IMG/VR virus record: IMGVR_UViG_3300033069_001711
Span: 1 to 64,000 of that record
Reading direction: 5' to 3' (one strand)
Origin: a virus
Taxonomy: Duplodnaviria > Caudoviricetes
Length of the DNA: 64,000 nucleotides
In this document: positions 1-10,304 of the stretch, piece by piece
Numbering within the stretch: the stretch's first letter is position 1
How the letters are laid out: the number at the start of each line of letters is the position of its first letter
The notes under the pieces: model-generated
Seen by the model: the letters and a program-made list of their open reading frames with translations, nothing else
What the model was told of the DNA's origin: nothing
Database searches by the model: none
Position numbers and translations under genes: made by a program

Positions 1-15
1 AGCTATTTTAAGCAT
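1..15 (-). CDS. Possible 5' end of a CDS running off the window (MLKIA...), perhaps an SbcD/gp47-like phosphoesterase
   Basis: Reverse complement of 1-15 is ATG CTT AAA ATA GCT, with AAAGGT upstream. Only 5 codons are visible; the product is a guess from the N-terminus and the position after primase. Confidence 0.25.
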
Positions 16-92
16 GCAATACCTTTACACAGTACTGCACCAAAAGAAGCTGTACAAGATCAAACAGATGTGAGCATTGATCTTCAATCTGC

Positions 93-1073
93 TCACAAAG
101 CAACACGAGCTGCTCGATCTAACTTAGCAAGAAATGACTCTTCCCAAGCGTAAGGTTTTGCCGCGGCGAGGGCCGAACGAAATTCACGCTTACTCATGTC
201 TCCTGGATCTGATGGAACATCGACAAGCACGACATCGATATCGTACTCCATCAACTTTTTGGCAATTCTAGGCGTCTTAGACAATCTCATGTCTGCATCA
301 AGCGCCAGTGCAATCGGTGTTCCATGAACTAAGATCGAACTAAACAATGCCGAGGCTTCATTGAGATCGCTTCCCAATAGTGGAACAACATTGTCGCCGC
401 ACTTCATCATGTCAAAGCTTCCTTCACAGATGACTAACCTTCGTCCCCAGTCAACATTCAATTCATTGAAAATGACATGGCTTCTTTCACCGACAGGCGT
501 CTCGTATTTAGGCCTTTTGAACTTATCAACAGTTCGACCAACGTAGTGATTAAGTTCTCCATCCTTATTGAAAGAAGGAACAATGACGCGGCGGCGCCAC
601 ATTGGATCGTCACTACAACCTAACTTGTAGTACCACACATCATCATCACTGATATCTCTACTGATCAGATAACGTCTGATTGCCAACACGTCAGGATCAC
701 GTCCTTCATAGACAGCTAACAGCTTAAAATCTTTAGGCAGTTCAAGTTTTTTAGGTTCATCATCAGTGATCCAAAGTTGAACACATCTACTTCCAGATGA
801 GCCAAATGCACCTGGCATGAAACGACGATACTCGTTGAGTTGTTCCTGTGTTCCAAATTTTCGAATCAATGGCGCAAGAGTGAACGCCTTATAACCACAC
901 ACCCAACAATGCACACGATCATCTTCGGTGTGAATCGCAAGCTTTTTCTTGCTAGGATCTCGGGGCGCACAGATGGGACAACGGACGTCAAAGTTTTTAC
1001 AATTGCGTGCCATTCGACCCGATCCGAAGACAGATTCGTAGAATTTTACCTTATCTGTGAGCGTGATAGCCAA
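93..1073 (-). CDS. Phage DNA primase (Zn-binding + TOPRIM)
   Basis: N-terminal CPIC...HCWVC zinc motif; TOPRIM motifs ICEGSFD and ALDAD...DPGD. Confidence 0.85.
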   Translation of the reverse strand: MAITLTDKVKFYESVFGSGRMARNCKNFDVRCPICAPRDPSKKKLAIHTEDDRVHCWVCGYKAFTLAPLIRKFGTQEQLNEYRRFMPGAFGSSGSRCVQLWITDDEPKKLELPKDFKLLAVYEGRDPDVLAIRRYLISRDISDDDVWYYKLGCSDDPMWRRRVIVPSFNKDGELNHYVGRTVDKFKRPKYETPVGERSHVIFNELNVDWGRRLVICEGSFDMMKCGDNVVPLLGSDLNEASALFSSILVHGTPIALALDADMRLSKTPRIAKKLMEYDIDVVLVDVPSDPGDMSKREFRSALAAAKPYAWEESFLAKLDRAARVAL

Positions 1074-1085
1074 GTTGGCTAAACA

Positions 1086-1712
1086 CTATTCCGAAGTTGC
1101 CTTCTTGGACTTCTTTGGCTTTTTCGCCTGAGGTTCAACTGGTCCGTTAACGGCCGCAGCTCTAGCAATGACGTAGGCATCACAAGCATCACGTGACCAA
1201 TCGACCATTTTGCCGCTCTTCTTCACCGGCCACTGAACATGACTCAGATCGTTCGCGGCCATGTAAGCAAAAACTTGTTCTTTTTGTGGGCCGCCCAAAG
1301 CAGTTCGTTGTAACTTAATTCCGCATAGCTTACGAGCATGTGCAGAACCGATGTATTCAGGTTCACATTTAAAACGATTGCGAGCGAGATAACTCACAAT
1401 GCCATTGAATCTCATTAACGTCGAGATCGTTTGGGCGCTCGACATTCCAGGTCGAAAACCCATCAATGGTTCTTCTAAAACCACTCTATGTACCGGTGGA
1501 ACTCCTCGAGTCATCAAGTATATATCAGACTCAATTTGATTCAATGCTTGTTCAACTCGATCTGCTTTATCCCACAAAGTATTGCAGCCTTTGAATTCAA
1601 TAGCTTCGAGCATCAAGATGTGACTACCTTTGGTGTCTGGGATTATGTCAGAATCCACGACACAAATCCCAGTACACGAAGTTGACACGTCCAGCCCAAG
1701 TATGATCGCCAT
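1086..1712 (-). CDS. RuvC-like Holliday junction resolvase
   Basis: ILGLDVSTSCTG (catalytic D), VVLEEP (E), DACDAYVIA (D..D). Confidence 0.8.
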   Translation of the reverse strand: MAIILGLDVSTSCTGICVVDSDIIPDTKGSHILMLEAIEFKGCNTLWDKADRVEQALNQIESDIYLMTRGVPPVHRVVLEEPLMGFRPGMSSAQTISTLMRFNGIVSYLARNRFKCEPEYIGSAHARKLCGIKLQRTALGGPQKEQVFAYMAANDLSHVQWPVKKSGKMVDWSRDACDAYVIARAAAVNGPVEPQAKKPKKSKKATSE

Positions 1713-1751
1713 CTCTTGATAATGGCTCTAGAATACCCACAGTAAAATTCT

Positions 1752-2153
1752 CTATAAAAGACCTAGGCCTTTCAATTCTACTTCTGTGATAACGCTAAAA
1801 GTGAAATCGTGGGCACGACACCACTCTTCTGCAGCCTTCAGCTTCTTCTGAACGCGAACCTGAGAGACTCGTTTTTTCGGCTTGATTTCTACCAATATGT
1901 CAAACTTGTCTTTCAATCGTACATGAAAATCAGGATAATACTTTCGCATCTTGCCAGTCTTCACGTTGCTAACATATGGAATGATGATAGTTTCATACGA
2001 CCAAGAAGTAACTTCATCTGTCACATCTAAGTGTTTCATGTACACAAGTTCCCAACCTGATCTGTACTTGAAGACGAGACCAGACTTAGACGAAGTATAT
2101 TCGCCTCGCTTGTAACCACGCTTTCTACGGCGTCGCTTTTTGACGACAGTCAC
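1752..2153 (-). CDS. T4 gp4-like head completion nuclease (TnsA_N-type PD-(D/E)XK)
   Basis: YRSGWE...WSYE...IPY...YYPDF...VEIKP signature in a 133 aa basic protein. Confidence 0.75.
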   Translation of the reverse strand: MTVVKKRRRRKRGYKRGEYTSSKSGLVFKYRSGWELVYMKHLDVTDEVTSWSYETIIIPYVSNVKTGKMRKYYPDFHVRLKDKFDILVEIKPKKRVSQVRVQKKLKAAEEWCRAHDFTFSVITEVELKGLGLL

Positions 2154-3130
2154 AGTACCTTCATGATTTTCAAATCATCTCCAGTCAACGTGCGATACAT
2201 TTGAACGCTATTCTGCATACACCATTCTCGAGCAGCAGATTCTTTCAACATGTTCTTTTGGCTTGTGATGAATTCTTTGGGTTTCACTTCCCACATTTCG
2301 CGGTGACCATCTTGAAAGGTGACGATGAAATCAGGTACGTACCAGCGTTTGTTGCTGTCATAGTAATATGCAATTCGAACACACTCATAATCCCATGACA
2401 AGACATCATCATTTACGTCGAGCCAATTCATCAAAGCGAATTCCCAACTAGAACGATAAAATCTTTCTTTGTTGTCACGAATCGATGTGTGATAACCTCT
2501 AATATTTCGTGTACCGTATGGACGAAATCTGCCTTCAATAATTGCTTGCGTTTTTTGCTCAGACATGATAGCACGGCTTGTTTCAGAATGATTTCTTCCA
2601 AACATGCCATTCTTCTCACCCACAGATGGATTTTCCGCCCTGCGTTGACGCATTCGAGCACGAGTTTCAACTGAATGAACTTTGCCCAACAATGGATGCA
2701 CATATCCTGATTCATGTGAACGTTCTAGAGCTCGAGCCTTAATCTTTGCTGCTGATTCAAGCGTATGCATCATTACAGTATTTGCAACATACAGTTCAGG
2801 ATGTTCTGATCGATATTGGTTTAAACACTTCATCGAGCAACATTTACCCCACTTTCGCTCATTTCCAATTCTGCGAAGTTTCATGATTTTCTTACAAGTG
2901 AGACATTGAAGTTCAACAACTTCAGCACCATGGCCACCTAAACCATCTGACGATCTAGATCCGTATACGCACTTATGAGAACATCGATGAACTTTTGCAT
3001 CGAGTTGAACGTGTGAATATGGACGTTCATACGTTTCACTACAAACATCACATTTCAGAACACAGACACGAGGTGCACAACCGCGACCTTTTGGATTTTG
3101 TCGAGGCAAAATTTTGATCTCTAACAGCAT
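2150..3130 (-). mobile_element. Free-standing putative homing endonuclease: Zn-finger repeats + 2 NUMOD3-like motifs + TnsA_N/gp4-type nuclease
   Basis: CDVC/CSHKC and CLTC/CCSMKC; HPLLGKVHSVETRARM and NGMFGRNHSETSRAIM; C-terminal YRSSWE...YVPDF...WEVKP. Confidence 0.7.
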
Positions 3131-3167
3131 GATCTACTGTATCAATCAATGTTCAACTTAGTATCGT

Positions 3168-5687
3168 CTAAAAATCATACTTCGTTTTAATCAAAACTTG
3201 ATCGCCGGGCCTCTTTAGAAGAGGTTGCGCCAACGTTGTCTTCATGACCACGTTCATGTCTCTATCATGGAAATTGATGCCTGTGATGTACACAAACTCT
3301 CCCTCAGGATCATTTGGAAATCCAGTAGGAGGCAAAGCCTGATATGATGGATTACTAGACGAATTCAAATGATTGCTCAATGCTAATGCATCAATCTTCA
3401 TGACATGAATGTTTTGTGTACCGCGGAAGCTAAGATCGTATCTTCGATCTCCGAAAAACATGACATGAGGATTTTTGATGACGATGATGCCTTCGTCATA
3501 GTAGATGTTACCGACGCTGTTCCACATCGATGCACTGGTCAATGAATCCGCTCGATAAACATTACCTCTAGCGTCATCAACCAATGTCATCTGAATTGCA
3601 CCCGCCGAACCAGACATGTTTGAATCTTGCAGTCGCAAAGATCCTGGTTTGATCCTCACACCATAGAACATGTTGCTGATGTCGAAAATGGTGACTTGAT
3701 TTGAGGAGCCGTCTTGTGTGCGTTGGTAGATTGTCAAAGGAGCAGCAAATTCAACATCACTGCCTGAAACAATGTTACGAGTATAATTTGTGAATGCTGG
3801 TCCTGATGATCTAAAAGGAGATTCTGGGGTTTGACCAATTTGCAGGTCAGCAAATTCATTTACATCTGTCGCATCACTATCGCCCGTGTCGAATGAAGAG
3901 CCGCCGAACAATAGCGTTCCAGTATGAACCAAGTTGTCTAGATGAACAAAACTGAGCTCTTCTAGACCCAAGTCGTCAACCGCTCTTCCCAATGTCTCAG
4001 ACGCTAACAGTTGAAAACTAGGCACGAACAAACCATCATCACACGGCAAAATCGTCAAATTACGCTTGACAACAAATGGCTGTCTGTACAAGAATTGGTT
4101 ACATGTCTGGGCCGTCGTCGATCCTTGCAAGGCAACACCAGTCAGATGGTGAAGAATGGGAAAGACGTTGCTAGCAAAATCTCGAACGTAATTTTCTAAG
4201 TTAATGTAGTGACCACCGACGCCGAATGACAAGGCAACACTAAATGGCGTCGAGGTCGCAGCATCGACTTCCTGAAATGGCGTTATTAGAACGCCACCAT
4301 GGGAACCAACGAACGTCCTATACGGTGATTCACTAACAAAAAATGGTGGGACGTAGAGGGCAAAAGTATTGTCTAGATACGTTGGACCTGAACTAGCGCT
4401 GTACTCGATGTCAGCATTGGACATGTAACAACGTCGCATCGCCAGATCGTGCACTTCAGCATTCAATGGGTGATTAAAAGAATAACCGGTGGGCACTTCT
4501 TTACCGGTGTCCGCTAGCAGAATCTGAACACCATCGCGAGCCGCAGGATCAGCGGCAAAAAAACTAGCTTGGGGATTAAGACCGTGATTCGGGCCTTCGT
4601 AGTAATTTCCTACGCACAATACAGAAGGTTCTGCTCTACTTCCCGAAAATATTCTTGGAGTGATTGTCGATGAAGGAATATGGAACGAGCCAACATCAAT
4701 ACCATCGACATTAAAAGTACCACTACCAAAATTGATATCGCTGGTTCCCCAACGTACGACTACGTGATGCCAACGGTTGTGCCACAATGAATTATTGTCA
4801 GACAAAAATACAAGGTCAGAATTCGGAGGTCTAACACCCATCGATGAGGTGGTGATCACACCAGCCGCGCTCTGCTTAATCTTGCTCGGAGGAATGTCAG
4901 CCGAATGGCTTAATTGCAATTGTAGTCGAAATCCAACTGTGCGACCATTGACATCCTTTGACGTACCAGAAACTAAAGACAAACAATAGGTTGACGATAG
5001 ATGCAACAATGTTCCGGCCTTGAATTCACCATTAGGTGAATCTGGCTGGTATCGTGGATTGATGTAGAAATCGAAACTAAATGAACCGCTGGGGGTATAC
5101 GTGCCGCTGCAGTAACCTTGATGATGAACTAAGCCACCATCACCTCCATCAATGTTTGGATACAACAAAACTGATGACGTCGGTACTGACGACGCAGTAA
5201 AGAAATTCAAACTGTTGTAGTTAGTGTAGGCCCAATGTGCAGAAGGATATGACGTCTTGTAATAACTCTGCAGCATGTCCTTGACGACTAACTTACGTAA
5301 GGTATTGCTGTTGAACGTAGCAGGAGGAGAGAAACGATGGACATCCATCACCTGTTGAGTTCGACGTGAAGTTGCAGTCGCATTGACTTTCTGCACATAC
5401 GAAGAAATCATTCTGCCGAACGTTGCTTGCATGGCGTCGGAACCACGTGCTACACGGCCAGCCCACTGCACTTGCCTCAGAATTTCTGCTAAATGCGAAT
5501 CATCATGTGTCGAATCAATGAACGCTGAATCTGGCTCAGAATCTTTCTGAACGCTTGAACGTCTTGCAAACAAATAAACAGAACCAGTAACACCCTCAGT
5601 TGAACTAGAGATGTATGTCCTGATTGGGTTTGTGACGACGGTGAATGATTCAACGTCGGAAGAATCTACTTTGAAAATCGACGTCAT
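3168..5687 (-). CDS. Probable virion structural protein with LamG/ConA-like domain (839 aa)
   Basis: SFSFDFYINP...RWHHVVVRW LamG-like pattern; C-terminal YITGINFHD..MNVVMKTTLAQPLLK motif shared with 5764..6999. Confidence 0.55.
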   Translation of the reverse strand: MTSIFKVDSSDVESFTVVTNPIRTYISSSTEGVTGSVYLFARRSSVQKDSEPDSAFIDSTHDDSHLAEILRQVQWAGRVARGSDAMQATFGRMISSYVQKVNATATSRRTQQVMDVHRFSPPATFNSNTLRKLVVKDMLQSYYKTSYPSAHWAYTNYNSLNFFTASSVPTSSVLLYPNIDGGDGGLVHHQGYCSGTYTPSGSFSFDFYINPRYQPDSPNGEFKAGTLLHLSSTYCLSLVSGTSKDVNGRTVGFRLQLQLSHSADIPPSKIKQSAAGVITTSSMGVRPPNSDLVFLSDNNSLWHNRWHHVVVRWGTSDINFGSGTFNVDGIDVGSFHIPSSTITPRIFSGSRAEPSVLCVGNYYEGPNHGLNPQASFFAADPAARDGVQILLADTGKEVPTGYSFNHPLNAEVHDLAMRRCYMSNADIEYSASSGPTYLDNTFALYVPPFFVSESPYRTFVGSHGGVLITPFQEVDAATSTPFSVALSFGVGGHYINLENYVRDFASNVFPILHHLTGVALQGSTTAQTCNQFLYRQPFVVKRNLTILPCDDGLFVPSFQLLASETLGRAVDDLGLEELSFVHLDNLVHTGTLLFGGSSFDTGDSDATDVNEFADLQIGQTPESPFRSSGPAFTNYTRNIVSGSDVEFAAPLTIYQRTQDGSSNQVTIFDISNMFYGVRIKPGSLRLQDSNMSGSAGAIQMTLVDDARGNVYRADSLTSASMWNSVGNIYYDEGIIVIKNPHVMFFGDRRYDLSFRGTQNIHVMKIDALALSNHLNSSSNPSYQALPPTGFPNDPEGEFVYITGINFHDRDMNVVMKTTLAQPLLKRPGDQVLIKTKYDF

Positions 5688-5763
5688 GCGCTTCCAGTGT
5701 AACTATACCCCGCCGGAGTCGACACGACCACGGATGATCGTAGACACCTGTAATTAGTAACAA

Positions 5764-6999
5764 TTAGAAGTCGAGACGAATTCTGAAAGTCAAATCTCTT
5801 TCGGCACTCTTCTGTACCGGTCTAGACAATTTTGCGACAGCTAACAAATTGTCATTGGCATCATACATACCAACGCTGGTGACGTAGGTAAAAGATTGCT
5901 GTGTGTCTTCTTGACCAACGTCAATGACAACAATACGATTAGTGGAATCCGTAAATGTCGGATTTGATGAGTAATTGAACTCATCAGCTTGTGCCCTACA
6001 GAAGATCAACGTACTATTGATGTTCGTCACATTCTGGAATGTCATCGCTGTCTGACTTCCAGATCCCATGCGGCAGGCCGCGATATGGTCTACTATGTTA
6101 TCGATAGAAGCACTAACAACAAAGTCAGGAATAAATTTAGCTTTATTCGCTGTTTCAGTCAACCTTCCTCCTAGAACAGATGTTCCTAAAGAGGTCATCG
6201 AATCGATGGTTCCAGACATAAATTGGCTGGCACTAGTGATCTTTGCAAGATCTAAAACTAACACACCGCGGTCGTAGAACATCAGACCGACTTCTCGTGA
6301 AGTATCAGCACTGTCAACAACATTGCCTACTTGACCACCGAATGACGCTAGTTTGTTTGTTGCTGCGCCAATGTCAGTGTAGATAGCACTACCAGAAGTT
6401 GACGTAAAATTGATGTTTGGTCTATTGTTGTCACCACCCAACCCAATTCCTTGCGTCTGTCCATTCGGTCCAACTGCGGAGGCAGACTGAAAGAATCGCA
6501 TCGCGAATGTTTCACGTTTGATGCTATCCCTTGCAAAGAGACGCTTGAATGCGATAAAAAGAACTGCATCCATTTCGTCGGCAACGTCAGTTGAATCTAG
6601 AGGCGAGGTGAACGTTGCCGTAGAATCACCAAGCAATTGCTGGGCAAATTCACGATAAACATCCATCTTTTCACGCATCATCAGTGACGAACTAGGAAAC
6701 AGTTCTTTACCAGCAGCATCGACTCCAGTTTGACTGGATTGAACAGTCGTTCCTCCTGGGAGCAATCCGAACGTCATATCAAACAGCGCATTAGCGGTTT
6801 GCAACGTGAAGTCCTGATCGTACACTGTTTGAAACAGTGAACTTGTAACGCCCGGGCCGACGCCACCGGTGACGAAAACCTGAAATTTACGACGAGAACT
6901 AGAACCACTGACGTCTTCTTGAAGCACGTCTACGAGCTGATTTAGAAATGATCGTGCGACCTTGATGTCGCTAGGAAGTACTTCTTTGAATGTTGCCAT
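5764..6999 (-). CDS. Probable virion (tail/baseplate) structural protein (411 aa)
   Basis: C-terminal FNYSSNPTF...YVTSVGMYDANDNLLAVAKLSRPVQK...FRIRLDF, resembling the C-terminal half of tail-collar-fibre (DUF3751)-like proteins. Confidence 0.55.
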   Translation of the reverse strand: MATFKEVLPSDIKVARSFLNQLVDVLQEDVSGSSSRRKFQVFVTGGVGPGVTSSLFQTVYDQDFTLQTANALFDMTFGLLPGGTTVQSSQTGVDAAGKELFPSSSLMMREKMDVYREFAQQLLGDSTATFTSPLDSTDVADEMDAVLFIAFKRLFARDSIKRETFAMRFFQSASAVGPNGQTQGIGLGGDNNRPNINFTSTSGSAIYTDIGAATNKLASFGGQVGNVVDSADTSREVGLMFYDRGVLVLDLAKITSASQFMSGTIDSMTSLGTSVLGGRLTETANKAKFIPDFVVSASIDNIVDHIAACRMGSGSQTAMTFQNVTNINSTLIFCRAQADEFNYSSNPTFTDSTNRIVVIDVGQEDTQQSFTYVTSVGMYDANDNLLAVAKLSRPVQKSAERDLTFRIRLDF

Positions 7000-7073
7000 G
7001 ATGTTTGTGTTATTCCTTCACACAGCACATGCATGCTGCATCGATGAACTTTGCGTACGAATTCATATATGAA

Positions 7074-7790
7074 TCACAGATTCTTGTCAATGATGATGCC
7101 GATGGTTTGCACTGCACCTGACTGAACGCCTGTCACCTTCATAAAAGCTTTGATCTTGGTCTTATCAGCGGTAGTGCCATACACTGTAAACAACGCATCG
7201 GTCAATGACTTGACACTAAGCGTAAACTGAACGCTTGAACCACCGAAAGCATTTTCTGCTGGGGAGCGTGTTAGGATGTAAGTCGCACGTTGATTACCGT
7301 CGATGTTTTCAGGCGTATTCTTCAATACCTGCATGAAAAGATTGGGAACTTCGACAATAAACGTCTGATCTCGAAGTTCAACGTCAATCGTTGTTTCATT
7401 CTGAATAGTCTGTTGAACGTTGATATTCGCGGTCTTTTGAGTATTTCTTCCCAACGTAACGAGATTATTGAGACTGTCAACGTTAGCGTCACCACTCAAT
7501 GACATCACAGGTAGACGTAGCAAGTTTGGATTGCTAACACTGATCAGTTTATACTTTTGCGCAAGTGACTGATTGGTTAGAGCCTCAAAAATGGGCGTGT
7601 TCTTCTCGATCTTTTCTGAACCAACAGTACGACCGTACTTGGTAATGATGCCATAGTTGACTTCATCGTCTCCTAAAGCAAATTTGTGAATCGAAAATGA
7701 CCCATCATTACGAGCTAGAAATTGTCTTCCCACGTCAGTGAGTACAGCGTCCAAAATCACATTGTTCGTTGACGAATCTAAAAATCCCAT
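7074..7790 (-). CDS. Probable virion structural protein (238 aa)
   Basis: N-terminal DAVLTDVGRQFLAR...KFALGDDE, resembling the N-terminal half of DUF3751-like proteins. Confidence 0.5.
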   Translation of the reverse strand: MGFLDSSTNNVILDAVLTDVGRQFLARNDGSFSIHKFALGDDEVNYGIITKYGRTVGSEKIEKNTPIFEALTNQSLAQKYKLISVSNPNLLRLPVMSLSGDANVDSLNNLVTLGRNTQKTANINVQQTIQNETTIDVELRDQTFIVEVPNLFMQVLKNTPENIDGNQRATYILTRSPAENAFGGSSVQFTLSVKSLTDALFTVYGTTADKTKIKAFMKVTGVQSGAVQTIGIIIDKNL

Positions 7791-7818
7791 AAGTACTTGA
7801 TTCCTTTATTCTTATTCT

Positions 7819-7944
7819 TTAGTTCGCCAACGCTAACTTGCTTCGACGATACGTGACAATCGTGGCGTCTTCAAGGGATAGGTATGCAGTTGCGTGCGTC
7901 CCAGCCTGGTCATAGGCAAACACCAATTCTTTTTCAGAGATCAT
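7819..7944 (-). CDS. Small hypothetical protein, 41 aa (MISEKELVFAYDQAGTHATAYLSLEDATIVTYRRSKLALAN)
   Basis: Translated by hand; fills the gap between 7790 and 7934 and its start overlaps the end of the upstream gene; below the ORF-track size cutoff. Confidence 0.35.
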   Translation of the reverse strand: MISEKELVFAYDQAGTHATAYLSLEDATIVTYRRSKLALAN

Positions 7945-8344
7945 GAACCGATGCATCTGTTGTCCTCAACCGAACAATCATGTCATTGCCCAATTTGTAA
8001 AGAGGCATATAGAAAAACATCGCTTGATCTTCGGAATCCAAAAAAGAAATCAATTGATCAACAATTGATTCTACGTTATCTTCAAATTTTGCCTCAGTCA
8101 ATTTAACCTTGTAGGTTTCAACTGTGTCACACATCACGTCAACAGCTGATCCGTCAAATGGCTGAAAATGATACACAAATGTAGGCGTTGATACAGCCCG
8201 AAGTTTGATGCAAGAAGGTAATTTTTTCTCTAATCGAGAAAACACCGCTTGGTTCAATTCATTGAGAAACATTTTGTCTTGCGGTGTGTGGTATCGACAA
8301 ACATACGTTTCAAAGTTTTGCCAAACTTGTTGAAATACGTTCAT
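7934..8344 (-). CDS. Hypothetical protein (136 aa)
   Basis: Co-oriented ORF filling the operon gap; no recognised motif. Confidence 0.55.
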   Translation of the reverse strand: MNVFQQVWQNFETYVCRYHTPQDKMFLNELNQAVFSRLEKKLPSCIKLRAVSTPTFVYHFQPFDGSAVDVMCDTVETYKVKLTEAKFEDNVESIVDQLISFLDSEDQAMFFYMPLYKLGNDMIVRLRTTDASVHDL

Positions 8345-8381
8345 GTCTTTATCCTAATACCACATGCCAGATCGGTAAACA

Positions 8382-10304
8382 TCAGCGGCTGGGTTGAGGC
8401 TTGCGTTTCGGACCAAATTGAACAGTTGGATACCCAATGGTTCTCTGTTGTGCGCTCAATCGATCGTCAATGTTGATCGTCAGATCATGACCTTTCAAGT
8501 TGTCTAAGTTGATGAATTGCAACTTGTAACTACCTCCGCTCTGATTTGTTGACAGGGTGCGCTGAATCCGACCGTTGTCGTCATAGAGAAAGTAGTGCTC
8601 TGGGTTAAAGAACAATTTGAGTCGCTTCGTATGAGGTCCTGAGACCCGAATCGTATTCTCGAAAATATCTCCCTCCAGATACAAATTCGGGTATGGCTTC
8701 GGTGCGCCAGCGTGACTGATCAATTCTTTTTGTAATTTATTCTTGAATCGATCAAACCAAACTCGATACTGAGCAGAGTAATTGCTTGTTTGAGCATGCG
8801 CATCAACTGCACAGATCGTATAGATCATGCCTTTGTCTTTTGCAAAGTTGACGTCTTTCTTAAATTCATCATCAATCCACCAAGTTGCAGGAGACGTCAA
8901 TCTTTCAACTAGCGCAGTGTCAGCAATTTCTGGATTTGGAAATGCCACTACTGAATCATCGAAGTTGTAGACTTTTTGCAACTCAAAACAATGATCAATG
9001 TTTTCTCGTCTGAAAACTTGAAATTGTTTGACATCTCTTTCGCTAGTGACAGGAAATGCCCAAGTGACCATCAATTTGTCGGTTTCATAATTCCAAACAA
9101 AGTTGACATCTGCTGGAGGAGGCGGGTTCCTCAGTTTCAATGTTGAAACATAAATCTTGTTTGACGGCTTGCTACTGATCAAAACCTTGATCATCGCCAA
9201 CCCACCTGAATCTTCATCGATGGCAGGCATGGTTAGCAAAGCTACTGTTCTTACAGTGTAACAATAATTTGCATTAAACTTGACTCGAAAATCAGCAGTT
9301 GATGTCACGTAAGGACTGTCAATGATGATTGGCGAATGAACCTTGGTTGAACCATCGGACAAAATTTCAAATTTGTCAATGATGTAACCAACAATTTGTG
9401 GAGCGTATTTTTCAGCATGAGGCGATGTATCATGCCGTTTGACGTCAATGAAAGGAACAAACGTCTTATAGTCAGATTCAGAAACAGCAGTTGTAAAACG
9501 TTGATTAACAGCTTGTTTTACTTGCTTTGCGTAACCATGCATATGCATGATGTCAGCAGCATTAGTAGATGTAGGATCATCAATAGTCTTATTGATCAAT
9601 TCATCAAGTAACTTGACGTTGATCTGTGTATTGATTCCAACAGCGGCAAGTCGCTGAAAATACGACCGCAATGCCCCTCGTTTAACTGCGCCAGTCTCTT
9701 GTTTCTTAGCGTTAAACGTTCCACCATATGAATTTTGAGGATCAGTAAGCGCCTGTGTCAACCAATGTGGTGAGATGCTCTTAGGTAGCATCGGAATCAA
9801 TCGTTGTGCCAACTTGTAAGGACTGTTGTTCTGATCAACATCTTCAGACAACGACAATTGAGAAATTGATCCTGACACCAGTTGATGAACTTTTTTGTCA
9901 ACGTCACCATCATGAAAGTGAACTGACACGTAGTTGTTAGAGGCAAAGTCATCTTCATTTACGACTTTTCCAATGTTACGTAAAATCAAAGAACCATCTT
10001 GCATGCCGGTCGTTCGAAACGCATTGTCTCGCATCAACTTATCACTGACTTGATTTCCAACATCAGCTAATTTTGGAGCGATAAATGACAGTTGAACGAA
10101 CCTAGGGGCACGAGTGATGGAATACTGAATGAAACTAGAATCAATTTCAGATCCTTGTCGAGCTAACACATTTAGTGGCACTCCGCCAGTTTCATTAACA
10201 CTTTCGTCTGGCACAAAGAAGTTGTAGAAAAATGTCCCTTGAAGTTCCTTAGACTCCGGCACATCGATAACATAGATTTCTCTAGATGGCTGCGAGATGC
10301 TCAT
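8382..10304 (-). CDS. Probable virion protein with FN3/Ig-like C-terminal region (640 aa)
   Basis: PPPPADVNFVWNY..KLMVTWAFP...FQVFRR...YTICAVDAH FN3-like pattern; structural-gene context. Confidence 0.5.
   Translation of the reverse strand: MSISQPSREIYVIDVPESKELQGTFFYNFFVPDESVNETGGVPLNVLARQGSEIDSSFIQYSITRAPRFVQLSFIAPKLADVGNQVSDKLMRDNAFRTTGMQDGSLILRNIGKVVNEDDFASNNYVSVHFHDGDVDKKVHQLVSGSISQLSLSEDVDQNNSPYKLAQRLIPMLPKSISPHWLTQALTDPQNSYGGTFNAKKQETGAVKRGALRSYFQRLAAVGINTQINVKLLDELINKTIDDPTSTNAADIMHMHGYAKQVKQAVNQRFTTAVSESDYKTFVPFIDVKRHDTSPHAEKYAPQIVGYIIDKFEILSDGSTKVHSPIIIDSPYVTSTADFRVKFNANYCYTVRTVALLTMPAIDEDSGGLAMIKVLISSKPSNKIYVSTLKLRNPPPPADVNFVWNYETDKLMVTWAFPVTSERDVKQFQVFRRENIDHCFELQKVYNFDDSVVAFPNPEIADTALVERLTSPATWWIDDEFKKDVNFAKDKGMIYTICAVDAHAQTSNYSAQYRVWFDRFKNKLQKELISHAGAPKPYPNLYLEGDIFENTIRVSGPHTKRLKLFFNPEHYFLYDDNGRIQRTLSTNQSGGSYKLQFINLDNLKGHDLTINIDDRLSAQQRTIGYPTVQFGPKRKPQPSR

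Noticed and set aside
7934-8344. Possible second capsid-derived fragment (IKLRAVSTP, VETYKVKL)
   Set aside because: Resemblance too weak to support without a profile search
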